Assembly: GCA_937625935.1 (NCBI GenBank) | Contig: OW569353.1 | Span: forward strand, 248,001 to 312,000 | DNA: 64,000 bases | Source of the DNA: Tetramitus jugosus | Lineage: Eukaryota; Protista; Heterolobosea | Direction of reading: 5' to 3' | Shown: in pieces, positions 42,392 through 53,950 of the stretch | How positions within the stretch are numbered: the first letter of the stretch is position 1 | How the letters are laid out: each line of letters begins with the position of its first letter | Program-made: the position numbers and the translations under genes | The notes under the pieces: model-generated | What the model was told of the DNA's origin: nothing | The model's input: the letters and a program-made list of their open reading frames with translations, nothing else | The model's database searches: none

Positions 42392-43796
42392 GATGGATGT
42401 CATGTCTTGCACATGTTGCTCCTCGTATGAACAAATATTCCATAGGCATCATGCATCCTCCTACGAGGCAATAGTTTCTGAGGAACATGTTGAGAAGTTT
42501 CGATCTCAACCACTCAAAGTACTTGATATTCTGGAAGCTGAACAGTTTCTGGCTGAAGTACTGAGTGGTAAGCACCAGGTAGATCAATCTACCATTCAAT
42601 CTTCTTTCATTAGCGGTCTGGTCGAAGAGAGTGTCATGTTACAAACAGATGACAGCTGTGTTCTCGGTGAAGATAAGCTGAATAATAATACATCTCGCAG
42701 CCAGTTCATTGTTCCTGAGACACAATTGGTTGATGTGAGTTATCGTACACCAGCTGCCATGGTTACACATCAATACTCTCGCCCCATAGTATCTTCTCCT
42801 TTTGTGTCGCCCATTGGACCGATGCGTCTCAACATGAGCCTCTCTGACAGACCAGAGGATGACGAAGAAGATTTGACAACAACTATTGCTCGAAATAAAC
42901 TTCGTCAGGAAGTGGATGATGTGTTTAGTATGATGAGTCAGGGCAAGCTGACACAAAGTTTGGACCATTTCGAAGAAGATTGTAATTCAATGACACACTC
43001 CCCTTCTCCATCAGTGATGGAGCTGAACAAAGCAGTGAATGTTTCCAACCCACAAGATGAAACAAGATTGTCGACAACATGCAGTGGACAAAATATTTAT
43101 GAATCAAAGTTAAGTGATACAACCTATGTTGAGTTGAAGGGAGGACACTTTTCACCAATGACGTTCGATGATATGATGGAGGATGATGATTTTGATAATC
43201 AGTCAATGGATTCCAATTCTGTGCCCTTACCACAAACACGACTAAGTAACTCTGTTCTTTCAATTAACTTCAAAGCGAATGACCAATCACGCAATGATTA
43301 TACATTCTGTCACACTCCTCGACTGAGCTCCGAAGGAACCGCACAAGAACCGATCGCTGCTAGTTTTTCGCTGAGGTTGTCAGAGTCACAAGACATGAAT
43401 TCACCCAAGGATACAAAATCCAGCCAAGAGCTTAACGAAACTGCACCAGCGAATCAATCGCTGTTAAACACAAAATCAATGAAAAGAGTGGAAGAGATAA
43501 CTCCATTGCATACAAGGAGATCCTTTAATTATGCGAAACACACTTGTGCTCCTGTGGCTCCCGCAGTTCCTCTGAATGATACTATTGAGGAATTTATGGA
43601 CAGTCCCTTCCAGAACGCTCAAGCACAACAAGATTCTATTTGTTACATCGCTCCAACTGCTCCAAGTACTTGGCTGGATAAATTGCGGATGAGCTCGCTA
43701 CAGTCTCAGCCAAACAAAACGGAGACCTCAGGGAAAGGTGGGAAGAAGAAACGTTCGAAATCACAAGTAGAGAAGAAAAAACTTCCTTTTCTGTAA
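42392..43796 (+). CDS. Hypothetical, largely disordered Ser/Thr/acidic protein with a basic C-terminus
   Basis: ORF of about 470 aa with first ATG at 42392; no family recognised. Confidence 0.65.
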
Positions 43797-43804
43797 ATGG
43801 TATT

Positions 43805-43920
43805 AGTGCAATTTTGTTGTTGCACGGTGCCAACAAGGTTTTAAGTGGTTGAGTGCAATTTCGCTCTTGCACAAGATCACTCTTGCCATTTTAGGTCCTA
43901 GTGCAAATTCTCACTTGCAG
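43805..43920. promoter_or_regulatory. Three phased palindromes GTGCAA-N8-TTGCAC/G upstream of eEF2
   Basis: Copies at 43806-43825, 43853-43872 and 43901-43920, with a 47-48 bp period. A regulatory role is inferred. Confidence 0.55.
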
Positions 43921-44053
43921 TCCTAGTAGGAGTAATCCACAACTTAAAAAGCGAACCAAGTCAGGTTGCCTTTAGAGAATTCAAGCAAGACACCAAACAA
44001 CACATTAACTGTATCTAATAGATAGTACTGTAACATACCACCATAGTAGAACC

Positions 44054-46534
44054 ATGACATCAAGCACAAATATCCGAAATATCTCTGTGATCGCCCATGT
44101 AGATCACGGCAAGAGTACCCTAACTGATTCTCTCGTTGGAGCTGCAGGTATCATCTCCCACTCTGCCATTGGCAACAAGAGGTACATGGACACTCGTCCG
44201 GATGAGATCGAAAAGGGCATTACGATCAAGTCCACAGCCATCTCTCTCATGTTTCCGTACAAGGAACAAGAGTACTTAATTAATCTCATTGATTCTCCTG
44301 GTCATGTTGATTTCTCTTCTGAAGTGACTGCCGCGCTTCGAGTAACTGACGGAGCCATGGTCGTTGTTGACTCTGTCGAAGGCTGCCGCTCTCAGACTGA
44401 AACTGTTCTAAGACAGGCACTTCAAGAAAGAATTGTGCCAGTGTTAATGATCAACAAGCTTGATCGTGCAATTGTTGAACTTCAATTAGATCCTGAGGAG
44501 TGCTATCAGAACCTTCTAAGAATTGTCGAAAGTGTCAATGTGATCATCTCCACCTACACTGACCACTCACTTGGTTATAGTTTCGAGGTGAGTCCTGTGA
44601 AAGGCAATGTTGCTATTGGCGCTGGTAAAATGGGTTGGGCATTCACTCTGAGAAGATTCGCCAAGATGTATGCTTCAAAATTCAAGATTTCTGAAGACAA
44701 AGTTCTGAAGAGACTCTGGGGTGATTGGTTCTTCTGTCCCGATTCAAATAAGTGGCAGAAAGATCGAATATCCAAAAAGACAGGCAACACTCTCAAACGA
44801 GGTTTCTGTCAATTTGTACTGGAACCAATCTTCAATCTGTTTAAAGTTGTGAATAACAATGAGCTGATCCAACTCGATTCAATGTTGTCAGCTCTGGATG
44901 TTCGCCTGACAACGCAAGAAAGAGAAGCTCCTTCAAAAGAATTGATGAAAAATGTCATGCAAAAGTTCCTTCCAGCCCACGAAGCTCTAATCGAACTTAT
45001 TGTTGATCGATTACCTTCACCAAAAACTGCTCAGAAGTACAGATATCCATTATTGTACACAGGTCCAACAGATGACCGATATGCTACTGCAATTAGAGAT
45101 TGTGATGAGAATGGACCTCTGATGGTCTATGTTTCCAAGATGGTTCCTTCCGAAGGTTCTGGAGGAAAATTCATTGCATTTGGCAGAGTTTTCAGTGGCA
45201 CCCTTAAACAGGGACACAAAGTAAGAATCATGGGTCCTCAATATGAAGCTTCAGCACAATCAAAGGCTGATGTTTACAAGGGAAGTGTTCAACGACTTCT
45301 TGTTATGATGGGAAGAGTCACTAGAGCTGTGGATGAGATTCAATGCGGTAACTGTATTGGTATGGTGGGATTGGACAATGCTATCGTCAAAACTGGTACT
45401 GTAACTGATCTCGAATGCACTGACGCTCACCCATTCAAGAATATGAAATATTCTGTGAGTCCAGTTGTACAAATCGCTGTCGAAACAGAAAAGGCTTCTG
45501 ATATTGGTAAGTTGGTCGAAGGACTGAAGAAACTGACCAAGAGTGACCCACTTCTTCAATGTACGATATCTGAGACAGGTCAGCATATTATGGCTGGAGC
45601 TGGCGAACTTCATCTGGATATTTGTTTTGGCGATCTCGAGAATCAATACTGCAAAGGCATCAAACTACTGAAATCAAAGCCAGTAGTCACCTTCAAGGAA
45701 ACAGTAACTCAAATGTCTGATACTTGCCTATCGAAATCAGCAAACAAACACAACAGACTCTATATGCAAGCTCTTCCTGTTGATGAGCAAATGAGTCTGG
45801 ACTTGGAAAACAACATTCTTAATCCATCACTGATGGATTCCAAGACTCTTTCAAAACACATCGTGGACAATTATCAAGGTTGGGATGCTAACTCAGCAAA
45901 GAAGATTTGGTGTTTTGGACCCGCTGACTGTGGACCTAACGTGGTAGTGGATTGTACTAAGTCCACTGACTTCATGAACGAAATCAAAGATAGTGTTGTT
46001 TCAAGTTTTCAATGGGCTTCAAAGGAAGGTGGTCTTTGTGAGGAGAGTATGAGAGGAGTACGATTCAATGTCATGGACGCTGTTCTGCATGCTGATGCTA
46101 TTCACAGAGGTGGAGGCCAATTGATACCAGCAGCAAGAAAAGCCTACTACTCAAGTCAACTCTCTGCTCAACCGCGATTGGTCGAACCAATGTACAAAGT
46201 CGAAATCCAAACTGTTGACAATGCTCTCGGTGGTATTTACAACGTAGTGAATAAGAGAAAGGGAATGATATTGGCGACGGAACAAAATGTGGGTACGTTG
46301 TATACTGTCACATGTCATATTCCAGTGCTTGAGAGTTTTGGTTTGACAGAGGAATTAAGAGCTGCAACATCTGGACAAGCATTCCCTCAGTGCTCATTCG
46401 ATCACTGGAGAACAATGAACTCGAATCCATACGAGAAGGACAGTCTGGCACACAAGATTGCAACTGAAATCCGTGTCAGAAAGGGATTGAAACCTGAAAT
46501 TCCAACCGCCATGATCTACTTGGATAAGTTGTAA
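44054..46534 (+). CDS. EEF2: Translation elongation factor 2 (possibly a divergent paralog)
   Basis: Motifs IRNISVIAHVDHGKSTLTDSL, LIDSPGHVDFSSEVTAALR, NKLD, diphthamide loop LHADAIHRGGGQ, FPQCSFDHW and C-terminal YLDKL. Confidence 0.93.
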   Translation: MTSSTNIRNISVIAHVDHGKSTLTDSLVGAAGIISHSAIGNKRYMDTRPDEIEKGITIKSTAISLMFPYKEQEYLINLIDSPGHVDFSSEVTAALRVTDGAMVVVDSVEGCRSQTETVLRQALQERIVPVLMINKLDRAIVELQLDPEECYQNLLRIVESVNVIISTYTDHSLGYSFEVSPVKGNVAIGAGKMGWAFTLRRFAKMYASKFKISEDKVLKRLWGDWFFCPDSNKWQKDRISKKTGNTLKRGFCQFVLEPIFNLFKVVNNNELIQLDSMLSALDVRLTTQEREAPSKELMKNVMQKFLPAHEALIELIVDRLPSPKTAQKYRYPLLYTGPTDDRYATAIRDCDENGPLMVYVSKMVPSEGSGGKFIAFGRVFSGTLKQGHKVRIMGPQYEASAQSKADVYKGSVQRLLVMMGRVTRAVDEIQCGNCIGMVGLDNAIVKTGTVTDLECTDAHPFKNMKYSVSPVVQIAVETEKASDIGKLVEGLKKLTKSDPLLQCTISETGQHIMAGAGELHLDICFGDLENQYCKGIKLLKSKPVVTFKETVTQMSDTCLSKSANKHNRLYMQALPVDEQMSLDLENNILNPSLMDSKTLSKHIVDNYQGWDANSAKKIWCFGPADCGPNVVVDCTKSTDFMNEIKDSVVSSFQWASKEGGLCEESMRGVRFNVMDAVLHADAIHRGGGQLIPAARKAYYSSQLSAQPRLVEPMYKVEIQTVDNALGGIYNVVNKRKGMILATEQNVGTLYTVTCHIPVLESFGLTEELRAATSGQAFPQCSFDHWRTMNSNPYEKDSLAHKIATEIRVRKGLKPEIPTAMIYLDKL

Positions 46535-46645
46535 GCAAAACAAATAAAGCTGAATTCAGTTCCAATGACACAGCATCAACTTTATTATTGACGAATGAAT
46601 CATCGTACGCAAGGTCTGCCCAAAAAGTAAAATAGTTGATAATTC

Positions 46646-48146
46646 CTATCCGTACCATTCACGCAACCGATCACACATCTTCATGGGAGCAGCTTGCGCA
46701 CTGTTAATGGCTTGCTCTCGCTTTAATGGATCACTTTCTCTCATCGCTCGCTTCGTACTCTTTCGCAGGCGCATTTGCTCTGACTCACACTCATCTGAAA
46801 GATAGACCTTGTACGATTCAATAACAACATCGTGCGTGAGATCACGAGGAAAATATTGCACTCCACTGTGAAGATAAATAGGAAGTGAATGCTCTTTGTA
46901 AGTAACGATGCGCTCTTTTGTGTAAAATGGCGACGTTTTCTTAAATGAAAAGTAGGCGTCTTGGTTTCCTTCTTGCGGTCTGTAGTAGTATGCTCTATAA
47001 TTCGTTTCTGTGTGTCGCGCAGTTGACCATTGGAATTGGAACAGGAACATAAGCACAACAAAAATGAACATCAACAGTTGACTGCAGATTGATCCAGCAG
47101 CGTTTCCCTCTGCTCTCCTCTCTTCACGATTCGGAAATTGTCGTTGTTGTTGACGGTGTGGATGCCTCCTCCCTTGTTGCATCTGCGCTGCTAAACCCTG
47201 TCCTCCAAACAATTGTGAAAACAAGTCGAAAAACACTTCATCGTCATTCATTTGATAGGCGTGCCTCCGTCCACCCATAGATGTTCGATACATGAACGGA
47301 CTACCTCCGAAACCACCAGCACCTCCTCCACCACCAGCAAATGGATTTCTCTGTTCGTTAATCTTATGAACGTCCTCCGTTCCATACTCATCATACAATT
47401 TTCTCTTGCTTGAATCAGAGAGACACATATAGGCAGCACTGACAATCTTAAATGCATCAGTGGCACGAGGAGCCTTATTTCGATCTGGATGTAACCTCAC
47501 AGCCATCTATAGATCACACACACAATTCCACCATTCCACAATCAAAAAAAAAATTTCACACAAAACATGAAAATGGCATTAGTATGACGATGGTGATGGT
47601 GAGTCATTGACATGAGACTGCTAAAAACAACACAAACAACATGATGATTCACACACGCACACACACCTTTTTGTAACTCTTCTTAATAATGACATCATCG
47701 GATGATCGTTCAATGCCCAACACCTTGTAATAATCCTTTTCCAATGACAAAATTCGCTTGACTTCCTCTGCTTGTTCTCTCGTGTAATCAATTCCCTCTT
47801 TGGCATCACTATTCTGTTCCTCTGACAAATGTTCTTGATTTCTTCTTCTGTTTCTCATATTGTTCGACTGCTGTTCTTCTTGTTGTTCAGTTGTAGTTGT
47901 TGTTGTTGAAGATGATGATTTTTGTTGATCATGTTGTTTTTGAAAGAGACTGGGTATGGATTCAATGAGATTAGATAGTGAAGAATGAGAGGAAAAGAGT
48001 GGACACCTTGTATGATGATCTCTAGGGTTCATTTGTGGATACATTCGAAGTGCCTTGTTCAGTAGACGAATGGTCTTGTCCATGTCACCACTCTTGAAGC
48101 TGTTGTATGCAATCTCGAGTGCATCGATGGCTCCTTCCTTGTCCAT
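46646..48146 (-). CDS. ER membrane J-domain co-chaperone, DNAJB12/14-like (2 exons)
   Basis: Exons 48146-47667 and 47506-46646. J domain DYYKVLG..KKMAVRLHPDRNKAP, G/F region, one TM, and a luminal domain with paired Cys. Confidence 0.88.
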
Positions 48147-48386
48147 TGTGAATGATCCGATTATTGTTTGTTGATTGTTGTTTGTTGATTTGGAGTGTTT
48201 GATTTTTCAGTGGGAAGGGAGAATTTTCGGTGTAGGAGTTTTTGTTGTCGCACAAACAGAAAATCCCGAACGAACGGAATCAGAATCCTCTGTAAGTCCA
48301 GCACTTATGGGGTGACTGCTCAACGCGGAACGAAGTTTTGTCCAGGGACATAAAGCAAATTCCATGTGAATAGAATGAACGTTTAC

Positions 48387-49843
48387 TTATTGCTTGCCTG
48401 CGACTCTGCCAAAAGCAATGTCTAACTTCTCGAGGGCAATCTTGGACTCCTCCTCAGTAATGTTGAGTGGTGGAATCATTCTCAATGTTTCAAAGACACT
48501 GGTGGTCATGACGAGCATGTCTTGGTTGAGACATTCTTGGCTCACCTTGGCAGCAGTACCATATGGTCCATTCAACTCAATACCAATCATCAGACCAGGT
48601 CCTCTGACGTCAGAGATCAACTTTGGATACTTGCTCTTCATCTTGTTCAAAGCGTCATTGAATTGCTTTGCTCTCTTGTTGACGTTCTCCAAAATGTTCT
48701 CCTCAAGGAAAATGTCCAATGTAGCATTGGCAGCAGCCATTGATACAGCATTACCACCATATGTACCACCATAGGTTCCCGGTGGAGAGTTCTCAAACAA
48801 TTTGCTGTTGGCAGCAATGGCAGACAATGGCATACCGCTGGCAATACCCTTGGCCATAACGATAATATCAGGTCTGACACCACTGTGCTCAATCGCAAAC
48901 ATTTTACCAGTTCGACCATAACCGGATTGAACCTCATCGATAATCAACATGATGTTGTGCTTGTCACAGATTTCTCTCAACTTAACCATGTATTCCTTTG
49001 GTGCAGGAACATAACCTCCCTCACCAAGAACTGGCTCAATCAGAATGGCAGCAGTATTCTCAGGTGCAGACTGTTGCTTCAACAAAATCTCCAAATGGTG
49101 AATAGGATCCAAGCAGCAACTGCCATTGCTTGGCTTATCACAGCTCTTGCAATGATTGCAGTATGGGAATGGAGTGACATAGACATTTGGCATAAATGGT
49201 CCAAAGCCGAATCCATAAATGTTCTTGGATGTGGTCAAGCTCAATGCACCAATGGTTCTTCCGTGGAAGCCACCTTGCATCACAATCACATTCTGCTTCT
49301 TTGTGGCGGCTCTAGCCAATTTGACAGCAGCTTCAACAGCTTCGGAACCAGAGTTTGCAAAGAAGAAGGTGTCTAGACTGGAGTGAGGCATCACCTTGTG
49401 ATCCACCCACTTCTTTATCAGAGCGTACATTTGCTTGTGCATGAACAAGTTCATTTGACCATGCATGAGCTTGGCAGTCTGGTCTTGAACAGCCTTCACG
49501 ACACGAGGATGACAGTGACCAGTGTTGGTCACACCAATACCACAGGACAAATCCAAGTACTTCTTACCGAGCTCATCATTGTAAACCCAAGCACCTATTT
49601 TTATCAACAACACAAAAAAAAATTCATGATGTCAGCATCGCTCTCACCCGCTGCGCAATCGTTGCAAGAAATCTTACCTTGTGCACGATCAATGACCAAG
49701 TCTCCAAACATTTGAGAGACACCAGCAGCGACATGCTTGCGTCTAACGTCTCTTACAGCTTCAGTATTAAGCGCTGTTGAGTAGGCTCTGTTCAATGGAG
49801 AAGCATTCTTTTGGGCAACTCTAGAAATTTGACGTGCAATCAT
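48387..49843 (-). CDS. Class III PLP aminotransferase, 4-aminobutyrate aminotransferase (GabT-like), with mitochondrial-type presequence (2 exons)
   Basis: Exons 49843-49678 and 49594-48387. Motifs NSGSEAVE, FHGRT, EPVLGEGG, DEVQSGYGRTG and MAKGIASGMPLS; N-terminus MIARQISRVAQK..NRAYST. Confidence 0.9.
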
Positions 49844-50177
49844 GTTATATATTAGTAGTAGTACAAAGTGTTGTTGAAGAAAGAGATCTTGGTGTGTGAT
49901 TACTTTTTTATTTTGTCAAAAAATCGGGGTTGTTCTGTTCGTTGGAGATCTCGTGCAGTGTCAGGGATTTTGATTGGTGAGTTTCTTTTTTTGTCATTGT
50001 TCATTCCGCGATGGCAGCAAGCATTGCTGCAATGGTTGGGCTTTATTGGTCAGCTCGTGAAAATTAACTTTCTGTGTGCTGGTGTGCATTCTCAAAAGCA
50101 TGCTACCCGTAGTGCAGACATCTGCTGATTCGACAAGATTGCACCTGGATTATTCCTTCTGATTGTCCAAATAAATC

Positions 50178-52475
50178 TTAGGCTTCAATGGGTGTCCTGA
50201 CAGGTGCATACTTTTCCTCATCGAGTTTCCTTATTCCCGCTCTCCACAACAAGAAGGAGGTGACTAGCAAACCTATTCCAAAAATGATGACACATGCAGC
50301 GAAAATAATTGGCACGAGTCTTCTCTGGATAGAGGTTGGTGGCAGGACGACGGGTGGTACGGTAGGAGGAAAGAGAGCAGTACAATTCAAATCGTCAAAC
50401 TTCACAAAGTATTCTGTCACTCCAATGATACCAAATGCTATTGCTTCACCACTATCTCCGTCGAGTTGCACTGTCACACCTTGATCTGCTCTGGAGGAGA
50501 GAACAAACGATCTTCCTAACACAGAATTCGTTCCCTTGAGTGTCACTCTATCGATAACTCTTTCGAATTCTTCATCACTAGTGCTGTTAATAAACACATT
50601 TCTTAAATCACCAACATGTCTATCGGGGTTCGGTGGCAAGCGATGAGGATTTTGTTCAGGATCATAATGTTTGCCCAAATTATCAACTGATCTTGCATCT
50701 CCAAATTCATGGATATGCAAGCCATGAGTGGTACCCTTAGTGAGTCCACAAATCTTGCCTCTGACAATGATCATTCCAGATGCTTGCTGTTCGAGTGCCA
50801 TTCGACCTCTGATCTTATTGGTACCAACGCCGTAAATCTCGCTCGTCGCATAAATAAAACTAGCACCAGGGTTGTCTGCCTTGGCAACATTGTTCTCAAC
50901 ATTCTCAATACCGATTACGCATTGAGCCATTGGAACAACAGATTGGTCATCATATTCGACACCATCATCCTTTTGGTTGTCAATAACCAATGTTCTTCCA
51001 ATCACTGAGTTTGTACCCGAAAGTGTCCATAGACCATTCTCAATATTCACATCAACATTTCCACCATCGTCAGATACAATATTACCCAAATCTCCCGCAT
51101 GTCTGTTTTCAACTGTCACATTATTGCTGTGTGATGTACCAGCAGGATTAAAATGATCACCAATCTTGTTCGTATCTCCATACTCATGTACATGGAATCC
51201 ATACATTGAATTTGCACCCAAACCAGACACAGTACCTGAAACAATGTTTCCATTGGAGCTACTCTCAAAAACAATCTCACCTTCGATTGCTACTTCAGTT
51301 TTGAGCGCTGTAGGTTTCAACACACAAATCGCTCTCTTCACCTTAACTAGTGGAGGACAAGTATGAACATCAGACAATGAAGGGACAGTGTTCTTTGTAC
51401 CAATGACACACTTTGCAATCTTCACTCCACTGGCACCAGCAGGCTGAAACTCCGGTCCGAAATCCTTTCCAGAGTGAATAATCAGAGCATGTCCCAAAAT
51501 TGAAGTATCATTTCTCAGTGAAAAGTGAGTAAATGTCGCATTGAGAGTCGCTGCACCATTAGAGCTATAAAGATTGCCCAAGTCACCCGTGTGCACATTA
51601 GACGATACCTCGGATGGTATTCCATGCGAATGACCACCCTTGTCAAAGTGTGATCCAACCAAATCAATCGAACCAGACAAATCGCCATATTGATGAATAT
51701 GGAAACCGTGATATCCGTCCGATAATCCACACACCTTTGCTCTCACTTGTATCACATCGTTACCCAATAATGAAAAAATGGCCCTGCCTCTAATTTTTTG
51801 ATTGGTTTCACCACGAATCTCACACGTGGCATACTTGAAGGACTCTCCTGGCTCATTTGCCATTGCATCATTGACAATCACTACCGTATTATTATTATTA
51901 TTATTACTACCACTAGAGGAAGAAGCAGTCGTAGGATTCTGTATTCCCACAACGCACTGAGCATAGGCATCTCCACTGGTCAATTGCCGCAGCAAAACAG
52001 AACGTCCAACAATTGATCTCTCATCTCTCAATGTCCAATTCTTGTTGAGTGAACGAACAGTGATTATACCATCCGAATCACTCATGACTCTCTCCACAAT
52101 CGTATCCACCAATGAAAACACGTTGCCTACACTTGTTCCATCCGAATGACTCAAATCACCAGACTCGTGAATTTTGATTGTGTATTCGACGTTTGGTTCG
52201 ACACCTGATATCGTTCCAGTCACTTGATTGCTCCCATCATCAATGTTCCAATTGAATGTGAGAAGACCATCGAGACTGTATTCTGGGTTAGTTGATTTGA
52301 AGCTGCAAACTGCCTTGTACACGACTTTTGTTGATGAAGATGACTCGGTTGCAATAACAGTGCTTTTGCAAAGTACTATGAGGAAACATGTTGACACGAA
52401 AACGAGCACAATGGACAGAACAGTAAGTTGTTGTTGTTGTCTTGTGAAGCTTTTGTTCATCATCGTGGTGGTCAT
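50178..52475 (-). CDS. Single-pass membrane protein with four tandem Cu/Zn-SOD-fold domains
   Basis: N-terminal hydrophobic signal, four HxH..GD..H..H.GDLGN..GR-type repeats, and C-terminal TM LVPIIFAACVIIFGIGLLVTSFLLW. Confidence 0.9.
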   Translation of the reverse strand: MTTTMMNKSFTRQQQQLTVLSIVLVFVSTCFLIVLCKSTVIATESSSSTKVVYKAVCSFKSTNPEYSLDGLLTFNWNIDDGSNQVTGTISGVEPNVEYTIKIHESGDLSHSDGTSVGNVFSLVDTIVERVMSDSDGIITVRSLNKNWTLRDERSIVGRSVLLRQLTSGDAYAQCVVGIQNPTTASSSSGSNNNNNNTVVIVNDAMANEPGESFKYATCEIRGETNQKIRGRAIFSLLGNDVIQVRAKVCGLSDGYHGFHIHQYGDLSGSIDLVGSHFDKGGHSHGIPSEVSSNVHTGDLGNLYSSNGAATLNATFTHFSLRNDTSILGHALIIHSGKDFGPEFQPAGASGVKIAKCVIGTKNTVPSLSDVHTCPPLVKVKRAICVLKPTALKTEVAIEGEIVFESSSNGNIVSGTVSGLGANSMYGFHVHEYGDTNKIGDHFNPAGTSHSNNVTVENRHAGDLGNIVSDDGGNVDVNIENGLWTLSGTNSVIGRTLVIDNQKDDGVEYDDQSVVPMAQCVIGIENVENNVAKADNPGASFIYATSEIYGVGTNKIRGRMALEQQASGMIIVRGKICGLTKGTTHGLHIHEFGDARSVDNLGKHYDPEQNPHRLPPNPDRHVGDLRNVFINSTSDEEFERVIDRVTLKGTNSVLGRSFVLSSRADQGVTVQLDGDSGEAIAFGIIGVTEYFVKFDDLNCTALFPPTVPPVVLPPTSIQRRLVPIIFAACVIIFGIGLLVTSFLLWRAGIRKLDEEKYAPVRTPIEA

Positions 52476-52759
52476 CTGATGCAAATATTATCACGATGTC
52501 TGTCTCAAGAGCTTACGTTGAATTTGGATGTGTTGTTGATTTGTGTTGGTTGTTTCTTTGCGGTGGTGCTAGATTTGTTCTTTGGCATGATGTTTCTCCG
52601 AGATATTCGAACCAAATACATCCACAACTTACCAAGTTGCAAGTATTGTATGAGGGACAGACAACAAATGCAAGCTCTTATCGAATGAAAATGGTTGTCT
52701 ATATTGGGTTGATTTTTTAATTCATTTGTTGGTGGTGTGAGTGTTTTGATAATAAATGA

Positions 52760-53950
52760 TTATTCTTCTTCTTCTTGTTGCTCTGCTTGCTCCTTTTGTA
52801 ATCGTTCTCTGACAGCAACATTCTTTCCTTCCTTCATCCATGCAACAAATTCATCGACGGCAACAGGCCATGCACCTCCCTCATCAAACTGATTCAAATT
52901 ATCACCCACTTGATTCACAAAGTCCAAAAACAAGTCCCAAGTGTCCTTTTGTACAGCCTTTGCCACTTCTACTTGCATAAAATTACACCAGTCATCCAAC
53001 AGACCAAACTTTCCCGCGAGAACAACTTTCCATGTCTGACAGGCAACTTCAACAGCCATACCCTTCTGATCCGTCTCCTTTACATAGTTGAAGCACCAAT
53101 TGTAAAATTGTTTGAATGTTTTGGTGGAGGAGTTGATTTGACTTCTCAATTGAGGAATCTTTGACTTCATATCTTGAAGATTGTTGATGCTGTTTTGTGC
53201 AAAACCAGTCATCCATTCCTTCCTTGTGATGTGATACTGTGTCTTTGAATCCAATTTGTACAATAGCATGAGAACAATGACATCCATGGGGTCAATACCC
53301 ACATCTTGAGCAAACTGAATAATGCCATCGCCCTGTAGTATGTGTACATGTGTGTGTTTGTGTTTGTGCGCGCGTGCATGTCGGTTTGTTCCATATGTTC
53401 CAACAAACACGGTTGTTGTTGTTGTTCAAGGATTGTTTTTTTGCGTTTCAACATTAAAAAAAGCAAAATGATGATTGTGAGCTACTGAAAAATCGCTTTG
53501 ATCACACAAACAGCACACCCCAAAAAAAAATGATCGCTGCAATCAAAGAACGAGAGCGAGTCGTTTTTTTTGAACCAATACCAAAGCAAGAAATAAAATA
53601 ATCTCTCTAGGAGTAGAGTGAATACATACACCAACATAGTCTGCAGCCTCTCCGCTCTCTCCCACATGTTCATCAAGTTGTTGATACTTTTCAAAGAGAG
53701 ACTCCAAGTCAGTGCAACTCTTCTTGTTGCTACTGGTGAATACAACTGTAGCTGTTGTTGATGCTATCGATGTAGAAGAACCATTAGTTGTATTGTTCGT
53801 TGTTGTGGTTGTGGTTGTGTTGGAAATGTTGGTCGTTGTGACTGGATGGGACGAGGTTGTTGTGCTCGTGTTATAATTATTGGAAGTGGTGTTGGTTGTT
53901 GGGATGGGTTGTGGCGGATTCTTTGGCTTTTTGCTTGGATTGTTGCCCAT
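52760..53950 (-). CDS. DCN1-like neddylation co-E3 (PONY domain) with N-myristoylation motif (2 exons)
   Basis: Exons 53950-53630 and 53332-52760. Motifs MGNNPSK, DGIIQFAQDVGIDP, FKQFYNWCFNY, KDTWDLFLDF and DEGGAWPVAVDEFV. Confidence 0.9.

Noticed and set aside
44180-44200. eEF2 has Met in place of the eEF2K phosphosite Thr56 (RYMDTR)
   Set aside because: As I recall, MDTR also occurs in ordinary eEF2 of some protists such as trypanosomatids, so it is not evidence of novelty.
48394-49715. Long antisense ORFs over the aminotransferase (likewise over ORF2, SOD and NCS-1)
   Set aside because: These are expected shadows of codon bias on the coding strand and have no recognisable motifs.
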